From the NCBI GenBank assembly GCA_030141605.1, contig JAQGDQ010000108.1, positions 496,001 to 560,000 of the forward strand: a stretch of DNA of 64,000 bases, given 5' to 3'. The position numbers and the translations under genes are program-made. The stretch is from Tubiluchus corallicola. Its lineage: Eukaryota; Animalia; Priapulida. The notes under the pieces are model-generated. The model searched no databases and was not told the DNA's origin. It saw only the letters and a program-made list of their open reading frames with translations. How positions within the stretch are numbered: the stretch's first letter is position 1; the number at the start of each line of letters is the position of its first letter. Shown piece by piece: positions 25,901 to 39,148 of this stretch.

Positions 25901-28900
25901 AAGGCTTTACTAGCTTCATTTAATATTCTACCATACTGATGATAATCTTCTTGTCGTAATCCCACAAATCATTTGAATGAATTTCTTTCCTTAGATGATT
26001 TTGTGAGTTTTTCTACAAAACAAAGCCTCGCGACAGTTTCCACACATTTCTGATGTTTGAAGAAAAAACTCGTTAAAGCAGTCAAGCTTTTGTGGGAAAT
26101 CATTAGCATGGCCTTGATAGGTTTCAAGGTCACACATAGCAATGTGCATGACTATACACATGTACTTATGGCGGGGACGATATAAGGTATTAACTGTTTT
26201 TGTTTACCATATTTTTGTGTTCTACGAGGTAGAATTAGTTTGTTGAATGAACACTTGGATGACTGGAAAGTTGATCCGTCGATTGATGGCTAGTCAAATC
26301 TGGATGATCGGTCAAGGCTTAACTGAATGTTAACTTACTGACCGACTAAATTTAGTTGAATTTACATTCCCTTTCAGATTTCTACACAACTTTTCTACAT
26401 AACAAACAACTTTTACAAAATAATAAACATAACTAGTTTATAATTTATTCTTGTAATTGTATAAAAGATCCGAGCATAGCAACAGTGTTAATATTTACAG
26501 AAATATCTGTAAAATTTAACTTATCTAGTTTAACTTAGTTAAACTAATTTGCAAGTATAACCTATTAAACTACTATAAGATTTACTATCCATTACGTCTA
26601 GAAACGAAGTTACCAACAAAAGACAAATGAAGGGCTGGACCGCCTACTTCTGAAGCTTTGGCAATCAGCTATAATCAATGACAGAAAATTTTAATATAAT
26701 CATTATTTTCGGTGGGCTGTTAATACGGTGTTGTATTAAGTGCGTCTGAAGCCTGTCGTAGCAGAGAACTTTCACTTTTTGGTAGATTATAAGAACTGAA
26801 AAATCGAACAGTAATTTATTATCCACGTCTGTTAAAAGTGTGTTTTGCTAAATGAGTTTAAGTAGAAAAGCGGACGGGCGACACAGTAAAGGATATTTCA
26901 TTAAAAGTCCTTGTTTTTATGACTGGTGGGTACTTTTATTTCAAATATTCAAAAATGCTCTATTTTTACGGGGATACGGCAATCTCCCTAGGAGTGATGT
27001 GAATGAGACCTGTGAATTGTGAATGATCACAGTTCAAATTTTGGGCTGTCAAATAAGATGACAACGAGCGACAAGCATAGTCTTCGCTGTAGGTAAAATG
27101 TGATATTGTTGATGACTGATTAGCTAACAAGCAGGCTGAGTGAATGACTGACTTACTAACCGACCAATAAACACCAATTGTTTTTTTGTTCAGCCATGTT
27201 TAAAAAACAGACAGACGTCTATACTGACCAACGACTAGATAGGTAGATGGGCTTTCTTTGGACAGTTAAACACACAAATAGACGGACAAATTGGTTGATA
27301 AATGACTGATTATTAAAAAACATGCGTTTTGCGTTTGTACGAGGTAAAATCATCCATGCCATAAAATCAAGTCATATACCAATCAAGTTTAAAGCAGACA
27401 TTTGAAGCTCAATTGCCCAGAAAAGAAACTCTTTCTTCTTTGATGAATTTCATTTTTTCTTCCTCTTCTTTACCCTACCAGAATTTCACGATAATCTAAG
27501 GACAGTCCATGAATCTAATACTTAATAATAATAAGAATTTACAAGTATTACACAGGTGCCGAACCGGATGTAACGACAGTCATTGGGCTTCCTGTTATAC
27601 GAATACTCTATGGTTTCAGGGGGTGTACGTCGATCGCTATTACTATTTTAATAAGCTCGCACATAATATTTTTAGCGTTACTAGAATCTCCACCGCAAAA
27701 CCAAATCATTTTCCCTGTTAACGTAAAGCTTAATTCTTTTTACAAAATCACTAAATTCCTCTATAACATTCTTTTCCTTTTCTTTGAGTGTTTGTTCAGG
27801 ATCTAGTCATTTTCATAGTTCCCTTTTAAGCAATTGTAGAAAAAAATACTTTTCGCATTTTTTCCTAACGAATTTTTAATACAATTCTTACCAAAAATTT
27901 TTTTAGTTCTTATATCATCCAGCTGAAAGTTAAACCACTGTAAGTACACTTTGTCGACTTTCTCCATTTGTGGAAACTCATGTCTGTACCTGTTATCCTA
28001 AAATTTTCCATATAAAGTATTCATTATTTTCACAACATCCTGAAATAGTGTAATTTGTAAAATTTTACGACTACTGCCTGCGAAGGTTGTAAAAGTGTCG
28101 GCAACTGTTTTAGTTTTTTTCCTTAGCACAGTAGTATGTTTGCGAAAATTGTGTCTGCGTTAAAATCAGAAGCTCGCGTGCATAATTCTGTTAATTGTTT
28201 CCCCTGGCTTCCTAAGAGTGGCTTGACTACAGCTTGGTTAGTGACAATAGCTTATGACGAAAATAATCTCTTCGTTTCGCGGGCGCAACAAGGGCACGTT
28301 TTTATAATTACTTAATACATTTTATATGGATTCCGTCTCGACATATTTAGCAAATCTGCAATCTTTAATACAGGGGCAGGACCCAAAATCCTTAGACGGA
28401 CACAACCCCATGATTTTGCTGTGCCAGGATTTTTCAGGTTTGACTGGTTGCTAAACTTTGATCTAGTGATCTTCAGCCATAGTGTTGGGCTTCGACCAAA
28501 AGAGTTTCTGCGATAGTGAGCTTCTTCTGCAGTGAGCTTCTGTTTTGTGAGCTGCCGTACAATGAGTAATTAAAATTTACTTAATTTTTTTTCAATTTAA
28601 TATTCGTTAGAAACATTATCCTGACCGTGAGTGGGAAGTTACAAACAATGATATACTTGCACTGTACATTGCATCCAGAAACACAGATAATCGTCAAGTG
28701 GAAAAGCGACTTTGTCGCATCGCATGACCTCATTACGTTTCTCAATATATCCCGTCCCTTGTCGCACCTCACGAACTCGGTCTACTTATAATTCTCTCCA
28801 GAATTGCCATCGTCGCTTACTATCCGTATTTAAACTTTGACTTGTTTCTCCACGAGGATGGAGATTTTTAATAAGCTTTACTACTTTTTTTCGGTGTAAA

Positions 28901-30049
28901 TGCCGTTTTCTTCAAATTATAACATTGGTTGTTTACTATTAATTTAATTATTGTTATCTTTTGATTCAATGAAATAGTGTGCTGACGCTTTATGTCACTC
29001 TAAATACTGATCTAAAGTCATATGTCTATATAATATTTATTTCGTACATATGTAGTACATTTCATACAAAGATAACACTTATTTTTAATCAGACTAAAAC
29101 GTATTATATGTAGTTTATTCTGAATAATATGCGACATATCGCTCAGGGTGATTGACTCTTGACGGTGTTGAAACCTGTGTTAAAAATAACCATTAGTATT
29201 CTGGTCGTGTACTTTCTAATGATCTTTCTGATGATTTAGACATAGATAACCAGAATCGTTTGCTAATCGCTAGATCTAGTATGTTATTAACTAAATTTAA
29301 CTCTCGTTCAAAAAATGTGAAATGATATTTCGTTCGTTCTCTAACAACTGTAATAACTTACGGGTTAGTTTCAAAGTATGTAGTTTAACCAAAATCAGCT
29401 CTACTTACAACATTATTCTTAACAAGTTTTTCACATGTTATGCTTACGAATCGTCTAAAATATGTGCAGAACATAATTTAGCATTTTAAAGTACTGTTGC
29501 TCTTTTAGTAGTGCCAAGTAGTATTTCTTAGTCTTTAGTGTAAATTTTAACTTTTACATGACATTTTTATGCGCTGAAATAAACTTTAAATAAAAAAAAC
29601 AATGAAGAAGACTTGATACGAACACTTGAAACACAAACAGAAATATGAAAAAAATCGTCACAAATCATCACAAAATTACTAACAGGTCGCCAAATCAGTA
29701 TTTTATAGCTCCGCTTGTTTGCTACAACAATTAGATTTGTAATTTCATTTATTGCCGGTTCAAGTTAACTTAAGGGAAACAGGTTGAATTTTGATATCTT
29801 GCTCTATTTTGAAGTACGTATGTCAAGAGTATACATTTTAATACCTATAAGCCAAAGTGTCCCTGATAATTAATTAATAGCTTAAGAAAATAATTAACTG
29901 CTAGCGTGTTGCACGAGTTTGTAAAAGTGAAAATTGGAATACAAAACTACTGTACAGCATTGACTGTGGTGCACAAAATTTAGGCAAATTCATGTTTAAA
30001 AATTTGAATTCTAACTTTACCGCTGTGTTGTCATGATTTCAAACGTGCG

Positions 30050-30330
30050 CTACGTCAGAAACAAACTGAGAGAAGTGCAGCACCTGTTTTGCGCAAAGCG
30101 GTTTCGAGATGCAGGCGTTGTGTCCATCTAAGTAACGAATGGCGAAATGCATGTAACTGGGTGCGAACGTGAAACTAAACTTCCGTGGTACTAATTCTTT
30201 CACATAAGTCATTCTTAAAAACAATTATGTTCTGTTTCAGTACTTTATACATCAAGTTATTTTGAGCTATTGTTTAAAATTGGGTCCTGTTTCCCTTTAT
30301 TAAAGATTGCAGAATTGCTAAATTCGTTTG
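30050..30330. repeat. Dispersed repeat, copy 2 (copy 1 at ~21990-22260)
   Basis: Same shared blocks as copy 1. Confidence 0.7.
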
Positions 30331-30989
30331 AAACAGACTTAAGTGATTAGAAAAACGTGCTGGTTTCACAACAGTGATTATTACAGTTTATTGCTATAAG
30401 AAGTGCCAGCTATTGTTGGTAGGACGGAATTAATTATGGACACATTACGATAGTACTGTTAACATATCGCCTTTTTATAAGGCATAAAAGAGACGCCCCC
30501 GTGTTTCTTCTTAATTAATCTGCTGCTGATTTATTTTTATAATAAAAAAACAGGAGCAATGATCCACTAAAAGCCAGATTGTTTGTAGAAAATCTATTTT
30601 CAGCAATTTGTGCTTTGACGGATGACTTGGGTCAAGCCGAAAGCTAATGAGCGAGACACTACACTGAATAAAAATATTTTTTTTACTGATTTCCATTGTA
30701 AAATTGAAACTCTTTTCTTCCACAACCTTTTCGGGAATTATATTTATCAGTGAGAAAACAAATGTTGGACAAATTCGTCGTGCAAAACAGAATTGCAAGG
30801 CCTGTGCGGGTACTGCAATGCAACAAAATACCAGTCTGTAATACTGCATGGTTATGCAGTAAAACTGTACAATAATCGTAAACTGTGAAAAGGCGCATGA
30901 TTAAGGTATTCACTTGTTTAATCTCTATTACCGAATTAGTCAAAGCAAATTCAATTTACTTTTGTAATATTGATAATATTAGAGTGCTA

Positions 30990-31004
30990 TAAATAATAAT
31001 AATA

Positions 31005-31067
<63 letters not shown>

Positions 31068-31111
31068 TACAACAACAACAACAACAACAACAACAATAAT
31101 AATAATAATAA
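30990..31111. repeat. (AAT)n(AAC)n microsatellite
   Basis: Trinucleotide runs read directly. Confidence 0.97.
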
Positions 31112-31445
31112 GCTGGAAATACCTGTTGAGTTTTAAAGTCATTCAATCCTTAATCTAAGCGTAATCTCAGCATTAATCAGCACAATAATTTTCTATTAGG
31201 GCAGAAATTCACATATTAGTGTATCTCTTACCTGTTGATATCGCTTGCTCCGTAGCTAATTAAAACATGAGATCAATTTTATGTAACACCTGGGCTAATA
31301 TTAGAGTACTATACAAGACTTTCGACATGCGCGAATTAAAATATTCAATTATATGGTTTCTGTGTGATTCTCATAATTTAATTAACTACTACAGCTGCTG
31401 GCTCGAAATCATTTAACATTTAGACGAGTAAAGATTACAGCTAAT

Positions 31446-32245
31446 CTAGAACGAATTGCAATAGAACTTTTCTCTTCAGATTTTGTTAGAATATGGTTTC
31501 AGGTACCTTCAACAAAAAATCGGCTAAATTGGGCTTTGGTACTTTTGAGATATACGCATAAATCCAAGAGGGCGCTTCCTGGAGTCAAAAATCAGTTATA
31601 TCTCCTAAACCATTGAGCCTAGGTGAAAAATATGTATTATTGACTGATAGGAAAGTGCATCTGAGGATTCTAGAAACGTCATAAATGAAAAATGGTAACA
31701 TTTTTGAATTCATATGGTACATTTTCCGATCACTCGTTAATACATCATTTTCGGCTAGGATTGATTGTTTAGGAAAAGCAGTCAACTTTTGAACCCCCTA
31801 GGTACCGTCTAGATGCCAAGGAAACAATGTGAATGGGCACTGATGACATGCTAGGTCAATCTGTAACTGATTTTGAAACCAATTGCAACTACTGATATTG
31901 AACGGTCAATTCCAATGATCCATTCTCAATAGCAATGAAGCAGTGATGGTCTTAACTACGTCATAATAGTATTGTGACATCATCATGAAAAATCACAAAT
32001 GAAAAACGGCACCATTTTTGGAATCCTCTGGTACATTTTCCTATCAGTCAATAATACATGTTTTTCACCTAGGCTCTATGGTTTAGGAGATATAACTTAT
32101 TTGTTGCCCCAGTAAGCGCCATCTTGGATTTGTGCGTATATCTCAAAAGTACCAAAGCCAATTTTGGCCCATTTTTTCTTGACGGTACCTAAAACCATGT
32201 TCTAACAGAATCTGAAGAGAAAAATTCTATTGCAATTTGTTCTAG
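31446..32245. mobile_element. Non-autonomous DNA element with ~230-bp inverted arms
   Basis: 31446-~31675 (CTAGAACGAATTGCAATAGAA...GGTACTTTTGAGATATACGCA...GAGCCTAGGTGAAAAA) is the reverse complement of ~32020-32245 (TTTTTCACCTAGGCTC...TGCGTATATCTCAAAAGTACC...TTCTATTGCAATTTGTTCTAG). Confidence 0.88.
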
Positions 32246-33234
32246 GCACCCCATTATTAGGAACTACCCTTCTAATTAACAACAGATTGAACAATATTTT
32301 ATAAACCTTTCTATGCATAATGCTATAGGTTATGTTGTAGGTTATAGGTTTTTAAGTGTTGTACGTTTTTCTAGATACTATACGGTTTTCTAGAATAATT
32401 ATGAAATTTTACAATTAATGACGATTTTAAACAGATAATTCCTAAAGTTCTTTTTGTTTTTTTTAATTTTAATGAAACTATAACTCTTTAATTTGCATCA
32501 TTCTTGTGATATATTCAACGTTAATTTTTTATGAGTCCAAAAATTTACACTTTTGGTGAAGCTTCAGTGTCACTGACAAAATCCGAAGGTGTTTTGCTTA
32601 GTTTTGTTTCCCTGTAACTGAACATCGATTATCGTGAGGATAAATTTTGCAAAACTAAGCAATTAGCATAATATCAAAGAATATAAAGCTTATCGTTTTC
32701 ATCTTTATAGTTGCTTAATGTGTAAATATTGCTCACGAAACTAGAGCGTTGGCACTATAACATTCAGTAAAAATGATTAGATACAGTAGGTACAAATTTT
32801 TAATAAATGATTAATATGCGCGTAGGCGTTACCTATAAATCTGTAGATCTATTACAGTATAAAATTAAAATGCGTACCCGCTACGCGACGAAATTTTTAA
32901 TAAAAATCGGGATAGCGTCTTAGATCATGCCCATGATCATGAATCCTACAATGCACTGGTCGTTGTCAATCGACACTGTCTTTCAAATACAAACCGCCTT
33001 TAAAAAGTAAACAAAATGCGTGTGACTGCAAGCAATCTAGTACAGAAGGTAGGCCAGGTACTCCATTTAGCCCAGGCCTACAATTTCAAGGCGGTCTACT
33101 TTTTCTGATAGAGGCACAAAGGAATGGCGTTTGCCAAAAGGGGCTGATATTGTAAAGAGAGCCAAAGAAATTGTAGAAACTAAAACCAAATTACATCATA
33201 TTCTAAATCGGAGTAGCCATTTGAAAACTTTAGA

Positions 33235-33496
33235 TTAATTTTTGTCGCACCGAATGCCTGGAAATTCACCAGATTTCAACCCTACCCAACGCATAGGAAC
33301 TACCCTGAAAGACAGAATGAATGCTATATGTAATATGATCCAAAGACATGCCAACTTATTGGTATGCAGCAGGGAAGTTTGTGTGACATCTTCAAGACGT
33401 GTTGGAGGATCTCGAGTTCTTCAGTCGCTGTTTCAATCACACTCCTCAAGATTGCAAGTTGTGTGAGACGCAGGAGGCTTCCACACTAAATTTTGA
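33235..33496 (+). mobile_element. Tc1-like transposase C-terminal remnant
   Basis: PGNSPDFNPTQRIGTTLKDRM resembles the Tc1 motif WPxxSPDLNPIE..LK; the end SLFQSHSSRLQVV*DAGGFHTKF resembles SMPxRLxAVIxAxGGxTKY; contains a stop codon. Confidence 0.8.
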
Positions 33497-33958
33497 AGGA
33501 CCGGATATATTCGCTATTGTTTCAACAATGCTTTGCTGTAATAACTTGTTCTGTACAATTGATCATTGCTTTGTACCCCTAGCAAAATTTATGTACCACC
33601 CTCAGCATGTGTAATACATGTAATGTATATCTTGTTGCAGTGGCCACAAAATTGCACTGTTTTACTAAGTTCTTGGAAATAGTATAGAAGAAAGTTTGTG
33701 AAAGCTATATAGTCTGTAAAATAATCGTGTGACAAGAAAATTGTCTCGTTTTAATATTTCAATAAAATGTTTAGCGTGTTCTGTTGTTCAAGACATTTTG
33801 CTCTAGTTTTTGTAATACTATAACGGTGTATCAAGTGTTTTGTTATCGATGCTAACTCGTTTTGTTCCACATTTCTCTAGACACTTTCAATTTGATTAGC
33901 GAAATAGCCCTTTTAAATTTAGACGTAAGCACATACTTTGCAAATATGTATTACATAC

Positions 33959-35261
33959 CCTTTGCCGCTCTGAGGCCGGCTAACAGTGTTCACCCGCAAA
34001 AACTCTGCAGGTAGGAAATTACTAGATAACTTGGGCTCACCTGGCCAGAGGCCACTGGATCGGAGTTCACTAAGATCAGAGCTCACCAGGACTCGGAGTT
34101 CCCGGGGCCAAAGCTTATTAGCCTGGAGTTCAATTACGAAAGCGCTCACTAAGCTTGTTTGTAAACGTTTTACTTCTATACTATAGACGTTTTAGACAAA
34201 CTCTGATTTGGCAGACGAATTAGTGGCACTGTGAAAGCACAGTTGTGCTGACACCTTAGCATTTGCACGGGTTAGTTGATCCGCAAAAGACTGGCTTTGG
34301 TTACTGCTACGGAGATGATGTTGTATGGCAAGATATGGTCAACAGTAGAAAAACATGCAGTAGTGTGGACTGGCGCTAGTAATGGAAATGGTTATCGTTT
34401 GGGTCACTGGTTATCGTAATAGTTATGACAACGTAGTAGCACAATCCTGCTTTTCCGAGTAGTACAAATTCATTAACCAACTGGGCTCCATTTGCTTAAT
34501 TTCACTTGCTTATCACTTAACGTGTGACTACAGTACTGCAAAATACTAAATTGCATTGCTTCAACAAATCATGCAGAAGGCCAGGAGTAGAACGGTGCCG
34601 TGACAAGCTGAAGGCAAGCTGCTTGATCTCAATGACGTCAATTATTAGTTTTGCTGTCTTTGAAGTTGAATTAACGACGTATCTACATACGGATGAAAAC
34701 ACGCATATAACATCTGCAGGGTATAAAAACGCAGGAGGGTTGTTTGGATAATTACGATATCCTAAGCATGTGATCTGTGATCTTCCAGCAATCAAATGAC
34801 TTAGAACAGTTTTGCATAATAGTAACCTCTCATATACGAAATCGCTATAACTTGCTGAACATAAGTATGCAAAAATTCTCAAGATGATGATGATGATGAC
34901 TATGAGGACAACGATGACACTGGTGGAGACGATGACCATTAATCCTGACAATGACACGCTAATAATGATATCATGATCATGGCAGTGACAGAGATTGCGA
35001 TAGTGATCGTGATAATTATAGTTAGAATCATAGTCGTAATCAGAGTCATAGTTATGGTAATAGTCATAGCTAAAGTCATAATTAACGTCATAGTCATAGC
35101 CTCAGTTCTAGTCATTGTAACAATAATAGCTAAGAGGATAATCGTACACCTGACGAGCACACTAATCTACCAGAGCTTTTGAACATGCATTAGCAAAGAT
35201 GTGTAATTTCAGACAGAGAACAGAAACTCCTATTACAAAGAAAATAAGGGCACCTTTTTTG
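33959..35261 (-). pseudogene. Candidate decayed insulin/IGF-like unit
   Basis: 35261-35150 reads KKGALIFFVIGVSVLCLKLHIFANACSKALVD* and, in a shifted frame, LVCSSG. From an acceptor at 34713 comes RHRSTPGLLHD...KQCNL and, shifted, ILQYC. A S/T-rich, stop-riddled tract follows, ending at a GTATGT donor at 33958. Confidence 0.4.
34880..35140. repeat. Degenerate trinucleotide (GAT/AGT/CAT) low-complexity tract
   Basis: Period-3 repeats that produce I/V/T-rich spurious ORFs. Confidence 0.8.
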
Positions 35262-36337
35262 CTAAAAGAGCACTGAAGGGCAAATAAAGCTATAAGATGG
35301 TTACAATAAAATTACCTCAACGTCACACTATATGTATTGATAAACTGTCCCGATAGTTTATACTAAACACATCTAGTGAAATTAAATTCAAATTTGCGAA
35401 TGAATCACTTGTCTGAAATATGGGACAGAGATCATATACATAAGCCTATTTAACTTCAATAAAGCTTTTCAAATCGCTGGAAATATCACAAGTAAGCCAA
35501 ATGTCATGTGTGTTTATTGATTTTTTTGTAACATAAAGTGTGCTCAAAGTTATTTATTCGTCGTACAGTATAATTACTAACACAGATATATCAAAATAGT
35601 AATTATATAACATTACATTTTGTAATTTGTAACGTGTAACATGTAACAAATTGCATTATATAACATTTAGAACAATGAAATGCAATATCTAAAATGCCCA
35701 GGGATTTCTAATAGAGTCTAAGTACTTTATCATGCAAATTAGTCTTACGATGGAGAGAAAAAAGGTATCAGAAATGGAACTGCTTTACAACTTATGTGGA
35801 ATAATAGCCATGCATTTTTTTAGACCTGATAGCGAATAAACGAAAGGAGTGATTATTCTCAGCTAAGAATAAAAAAATATAACAGCGGACTCCCAATTCA
35901 ATGTACGTTTTCACTTAACTGTTATCACTAGAACAAACAGGTGACATCTATTCTGATAAAATGTGGTTTATGAACTGATTGGTGATGGAGAAAACGAGTT
36001 CTTAAAATGAAAATAACAGCCTGAAACATGATGCGTTATCATGACCACGTTATGGTCGAAACGTTGCAGAGGAGCCCAAGTTTATGCTTGATTAAAAATC
36101 TTAAGCTTGATCTTAATCTTAATCCTAAGAAAATGTATTTTTGCTTAAGTGGGTGCTGGCTGTTATTTTCATTTGTTTTATGAACTTTTTCCAAGCTTCT
36201 CCCAAACTCTTATTTAGATCCATTTGCAAGATGTTTCCTAAACTTTTAGTAAGCTTATATGATAAAAATGGTCAATTACTATAATCCGGTATAGTGGGCC
36301 AAGTATCTTTTTTATCCTCATTGAGATTTCTTGATTT

Positions 36338-36415
36338 TCAGAAGTATGCACCTAGTTCATGGCGTTTCGATTTAGAGACATTCCGTTATAAAGGATGTCT
36401 TAGGCCTGTCACTTG
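36338..36415 (-). pseudogene. Candidate decayed A-chain exon of ILP-B
   Basis: Minus strand reads RPKTSFITEC, then 16 nt containing a stop, then HELGAYF* (TTC where TGC is expected). Aligns with ILP-A LIKKCC...YELMGFC. Confidence 0.35.
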
Positions 36416-36777
36416 AGAAAACTTGCTTCAAAGCCATACTGACGTATTTGGAATGTGGGCTAAATCAATGTGGAAATATTAAATTTTGTCTTTATTGTTG
36501 ACAGTTTAAATCTATAAAATTGCCTCTTGCAGACATTTTGAGTGCTGTTAAGAAATGTTGTACACTTTTTTATAAGTTATTGATTAGTCAAAATCTACTT
36601 GAATCACTTGTATGGTTATAATCATGGAACTCATCCAGAAAATATATGTAGCAACGTTTACGTGTTTGTTTAATATTAAGCCAATTAGAAATTTTATGTC
36701 TAAGTTAAGAAATGAATAACGCTAAAATACAGTAGAACAGAACAGATATACGTATCCGACACTTATGCACGCTATAC

Positions 36778-36958
36778 CTTCTAACGGTGTTCCGTCGTCG
36801 AACTCTAAAGAACGCTTGTTTCTTGACGTTAGCGAACAAACACGGTAGATGGCTCTGGGTAAGTCACGTCCACACACCTGTACTGCACCATTTTCTTCTG
36901 GTAAACATATCAAAGCAATGGCAACTACGACAACAGTGATCTGTACACAGGTTCGCAT
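36778..36958 (-). CDS. Insulin/relaxin-like peptide ILP-B, signal + B-chain exon (no canonical A-chain exon found)
   Basis: MRTCVQITVVVVAIALICLPEENGAVQVCGRDLPRAIYRVCSLTSRNKRSLEFDDGTPLE: signal peptide, Cx11C B chain, RNKR convertase site. Acceptor tttacag lies directly before the ATG and there is a phase-1 donor at 36777. Clear paralog of ILP-A. Confidence 0.82.
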
Positions 36959-37357
36959 CTGTAAATTAACATTTACCGCATTACGTACGAGTGAGCAATT
37001 AACAGTTTCACTTGAGAGTACATTCCAAGAAACGCATAAAATTACTCATTTGGTGTGCATTTTTAACAAAACGAGTAAAGAATTGTGCTTTTATAACATA
37101 TTGTTGTGACAAATATATGTGTTCACAGATTATAAGTCAACGTTTGCTAGTTACACTTTTCTTTTATTCCTGCAGGTCCAGTCCTTGTATAGCTTAGAAA
37201 ATAAGTCTGTTTCATCAAACATCAAAAAGTAGCCCATTAATTTACGATCTGTATACATGCAAATTTGTTTACACGAAAACGATAATGAAATAAAATAAAA
37301 TAGGTCACAAAAGGATATAAATACAAACACGTAAAATAACAGAGTAGTAAACCTTAC

Positions 37358-37428
37358 CTTAGTTTACAGTATAAAATGATAAAACTTTGCCAAAGTAACC
37401 AATTACGTGCTGAGAATGTCCTTTTATA
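37358..37428 (-). promoter_or_regulatory. TATA box and short non-coding exon 1 of ILP-B
   Basis: TATAAAA at 37428-37422; Inr-like TTACTT ~30 nt downstream (~37398); donor AAG|GTAAGG at 37357. Matches the 5'UTR-intron layout of insulin genes. Confidence 0.62.
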
Positions 37429-38589
37429 TGAGCGGAACACTGAAAAGATATTATTACGGTTTCCTACGTATTATAGACCTTTCCTCACGGCTTGATCAAA
37501 ATCGAATCGCGTGATCCTCGTAGAATTATTAATTTTACATGCAGGTATATAAGCTGTTAGAGTGGTCCGAATCGGAGGGTGGTCCTAGGAAAAAGTCTAC
37601 TCACGTTAGTGTATAAGAGTGGCATCAAACTGTGATAATGAGCGCATAATGACGTTATCTGCCCGCGTTTATATCCTGTAGCCAGGCGGATGCGCGCACA
37701 AGAAACCACGTGCTTGTAAAGGAAACCATCGCCTATTATCAACTATTAGGCCAGAAACAATCCCCAGTCATCCAATAATGACTAAGCACTTACAGACTCT
37801 TACAGTATATAAGTAAGCCGTGTTTATTTATAAATTGTACTGTATTATGTAATTATTTTATTCATGTATTTGTTTGGCAATAAAAACATTAAACACCGAA
37901 TATTACAAAAATACCGTTACAAACCAATTCAAACACATTTAAACTAGTGAAAGACAACATCTAAGAAAAAGTGTCGTCATTAACATTATCGCTACCTATG
38001 CTGCTACTGCCGCAGTTCCAAGGCAGTTTGGTTTGAACCAGTTTCAGTAACCGTTTGTTAACGGTTTTCAGTAAGATGTAAACGATTTGTGAGTACAATA
38101 GTGTTTTGTGGAAGTGCATACTTACATAATACGATTAAAAATTACAAATATTACATAATGTAGCATACCTTGCACGAGGATCTTCATACAAAGCAAGGTA
38201 GCAGCAAAGATAGTGCAAATTGCTTGCTATAATGACAAAATATAAGATTATCATGCTAAGTACTACGATCTAACACGTCCGAGCGCATAACCTGAGAGCG
38301 GAATCGTTGGCAAATTCTAACATGTATTACGGTCCATTATGTAACAAAAGAATTTAACGATGCGGCATATGTAGCAAAAAATGCTACATTATGCAACAAA
38401 ACACGAAATTCGTCAGCAAATTTTCCATCGTTACGTAACATGTAACAACATTTGTGTCACTATGTAACGATCATTATGTAGTAAAAATGAGTAACATGTG
38501 AATATGTAATAGTTTGATGTAAATTTCAGTCGAAAATGTAAGACTAATCTTGTCCGATCTGGATGTGGTCTAATTATTCGACTGGGCCA

Positions 38590-39050
38590 GTTTCTTTCTG
38601 TTCTAGAAGTGGCTCCAACTCCTTCTGGTCTCACGTCTGAGGTCTGGTATATCAGGGGTCTTCCAGTTGGGTGTCTAGTCTGTCTAGGGTCAGATTTATC
38701 AGATCTCTGGTCTGTCTGAGCCTGACCTCTCAGAGGACTGGCTTGACTGTGTTTGTTACTTCGAAAAACTGGAAACTGGTCCAAAACGAAAATGTTTTAT
38801 TTTTTGGACCACATACGGATCCCTAGTCCTTGGACACCTTGTTGGGAAAATTCTTGTACACATTTGTCTTTGAAAACTATCATAAAGCAGCAAGTCTCAT
38901 CACAAGAAGCTGAAATTTCGCACAGACATACAACATACTATGGACTAATTTGAAGGCCATAAAGGACCCTAATTTTTTAATTTGAGTTCATTTAGACAAA
39001 ACTTGGCCAGATCAGGCCTCTGACAGGTTAGCCCTCAGACACCAGACCAA
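38590..39050. mobile_element. Possible non-autonomous DNA element with TCTGGTCT/AGACCAGA arms
   Basis: Repeated TCTGGTCT/GTCTGAG motifs on the left; CTCAGACACCAGACC on the right. Confidence 0.4.
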
Positions 39051-39148
39051 CACATTTGAAGGAATTGCTTATTCGTTATAACAAATAAAGATATGCCAGT
39101 GTATGTAAAGATTAAGGCGCTAAATGCAGCATTCTTCTCAATAATTTC

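Noticed and set aside
36722-36777. Read-through of the ILP-B exon giving GIACISVGYVYLFCSTVF*, superficially a mini A chain
   Set aside because: It starts exactly at the phase-1 donor shared with ILP-A, has no preceding cleavage site, and its Cys spacing is wrong; most likely intron sequence.
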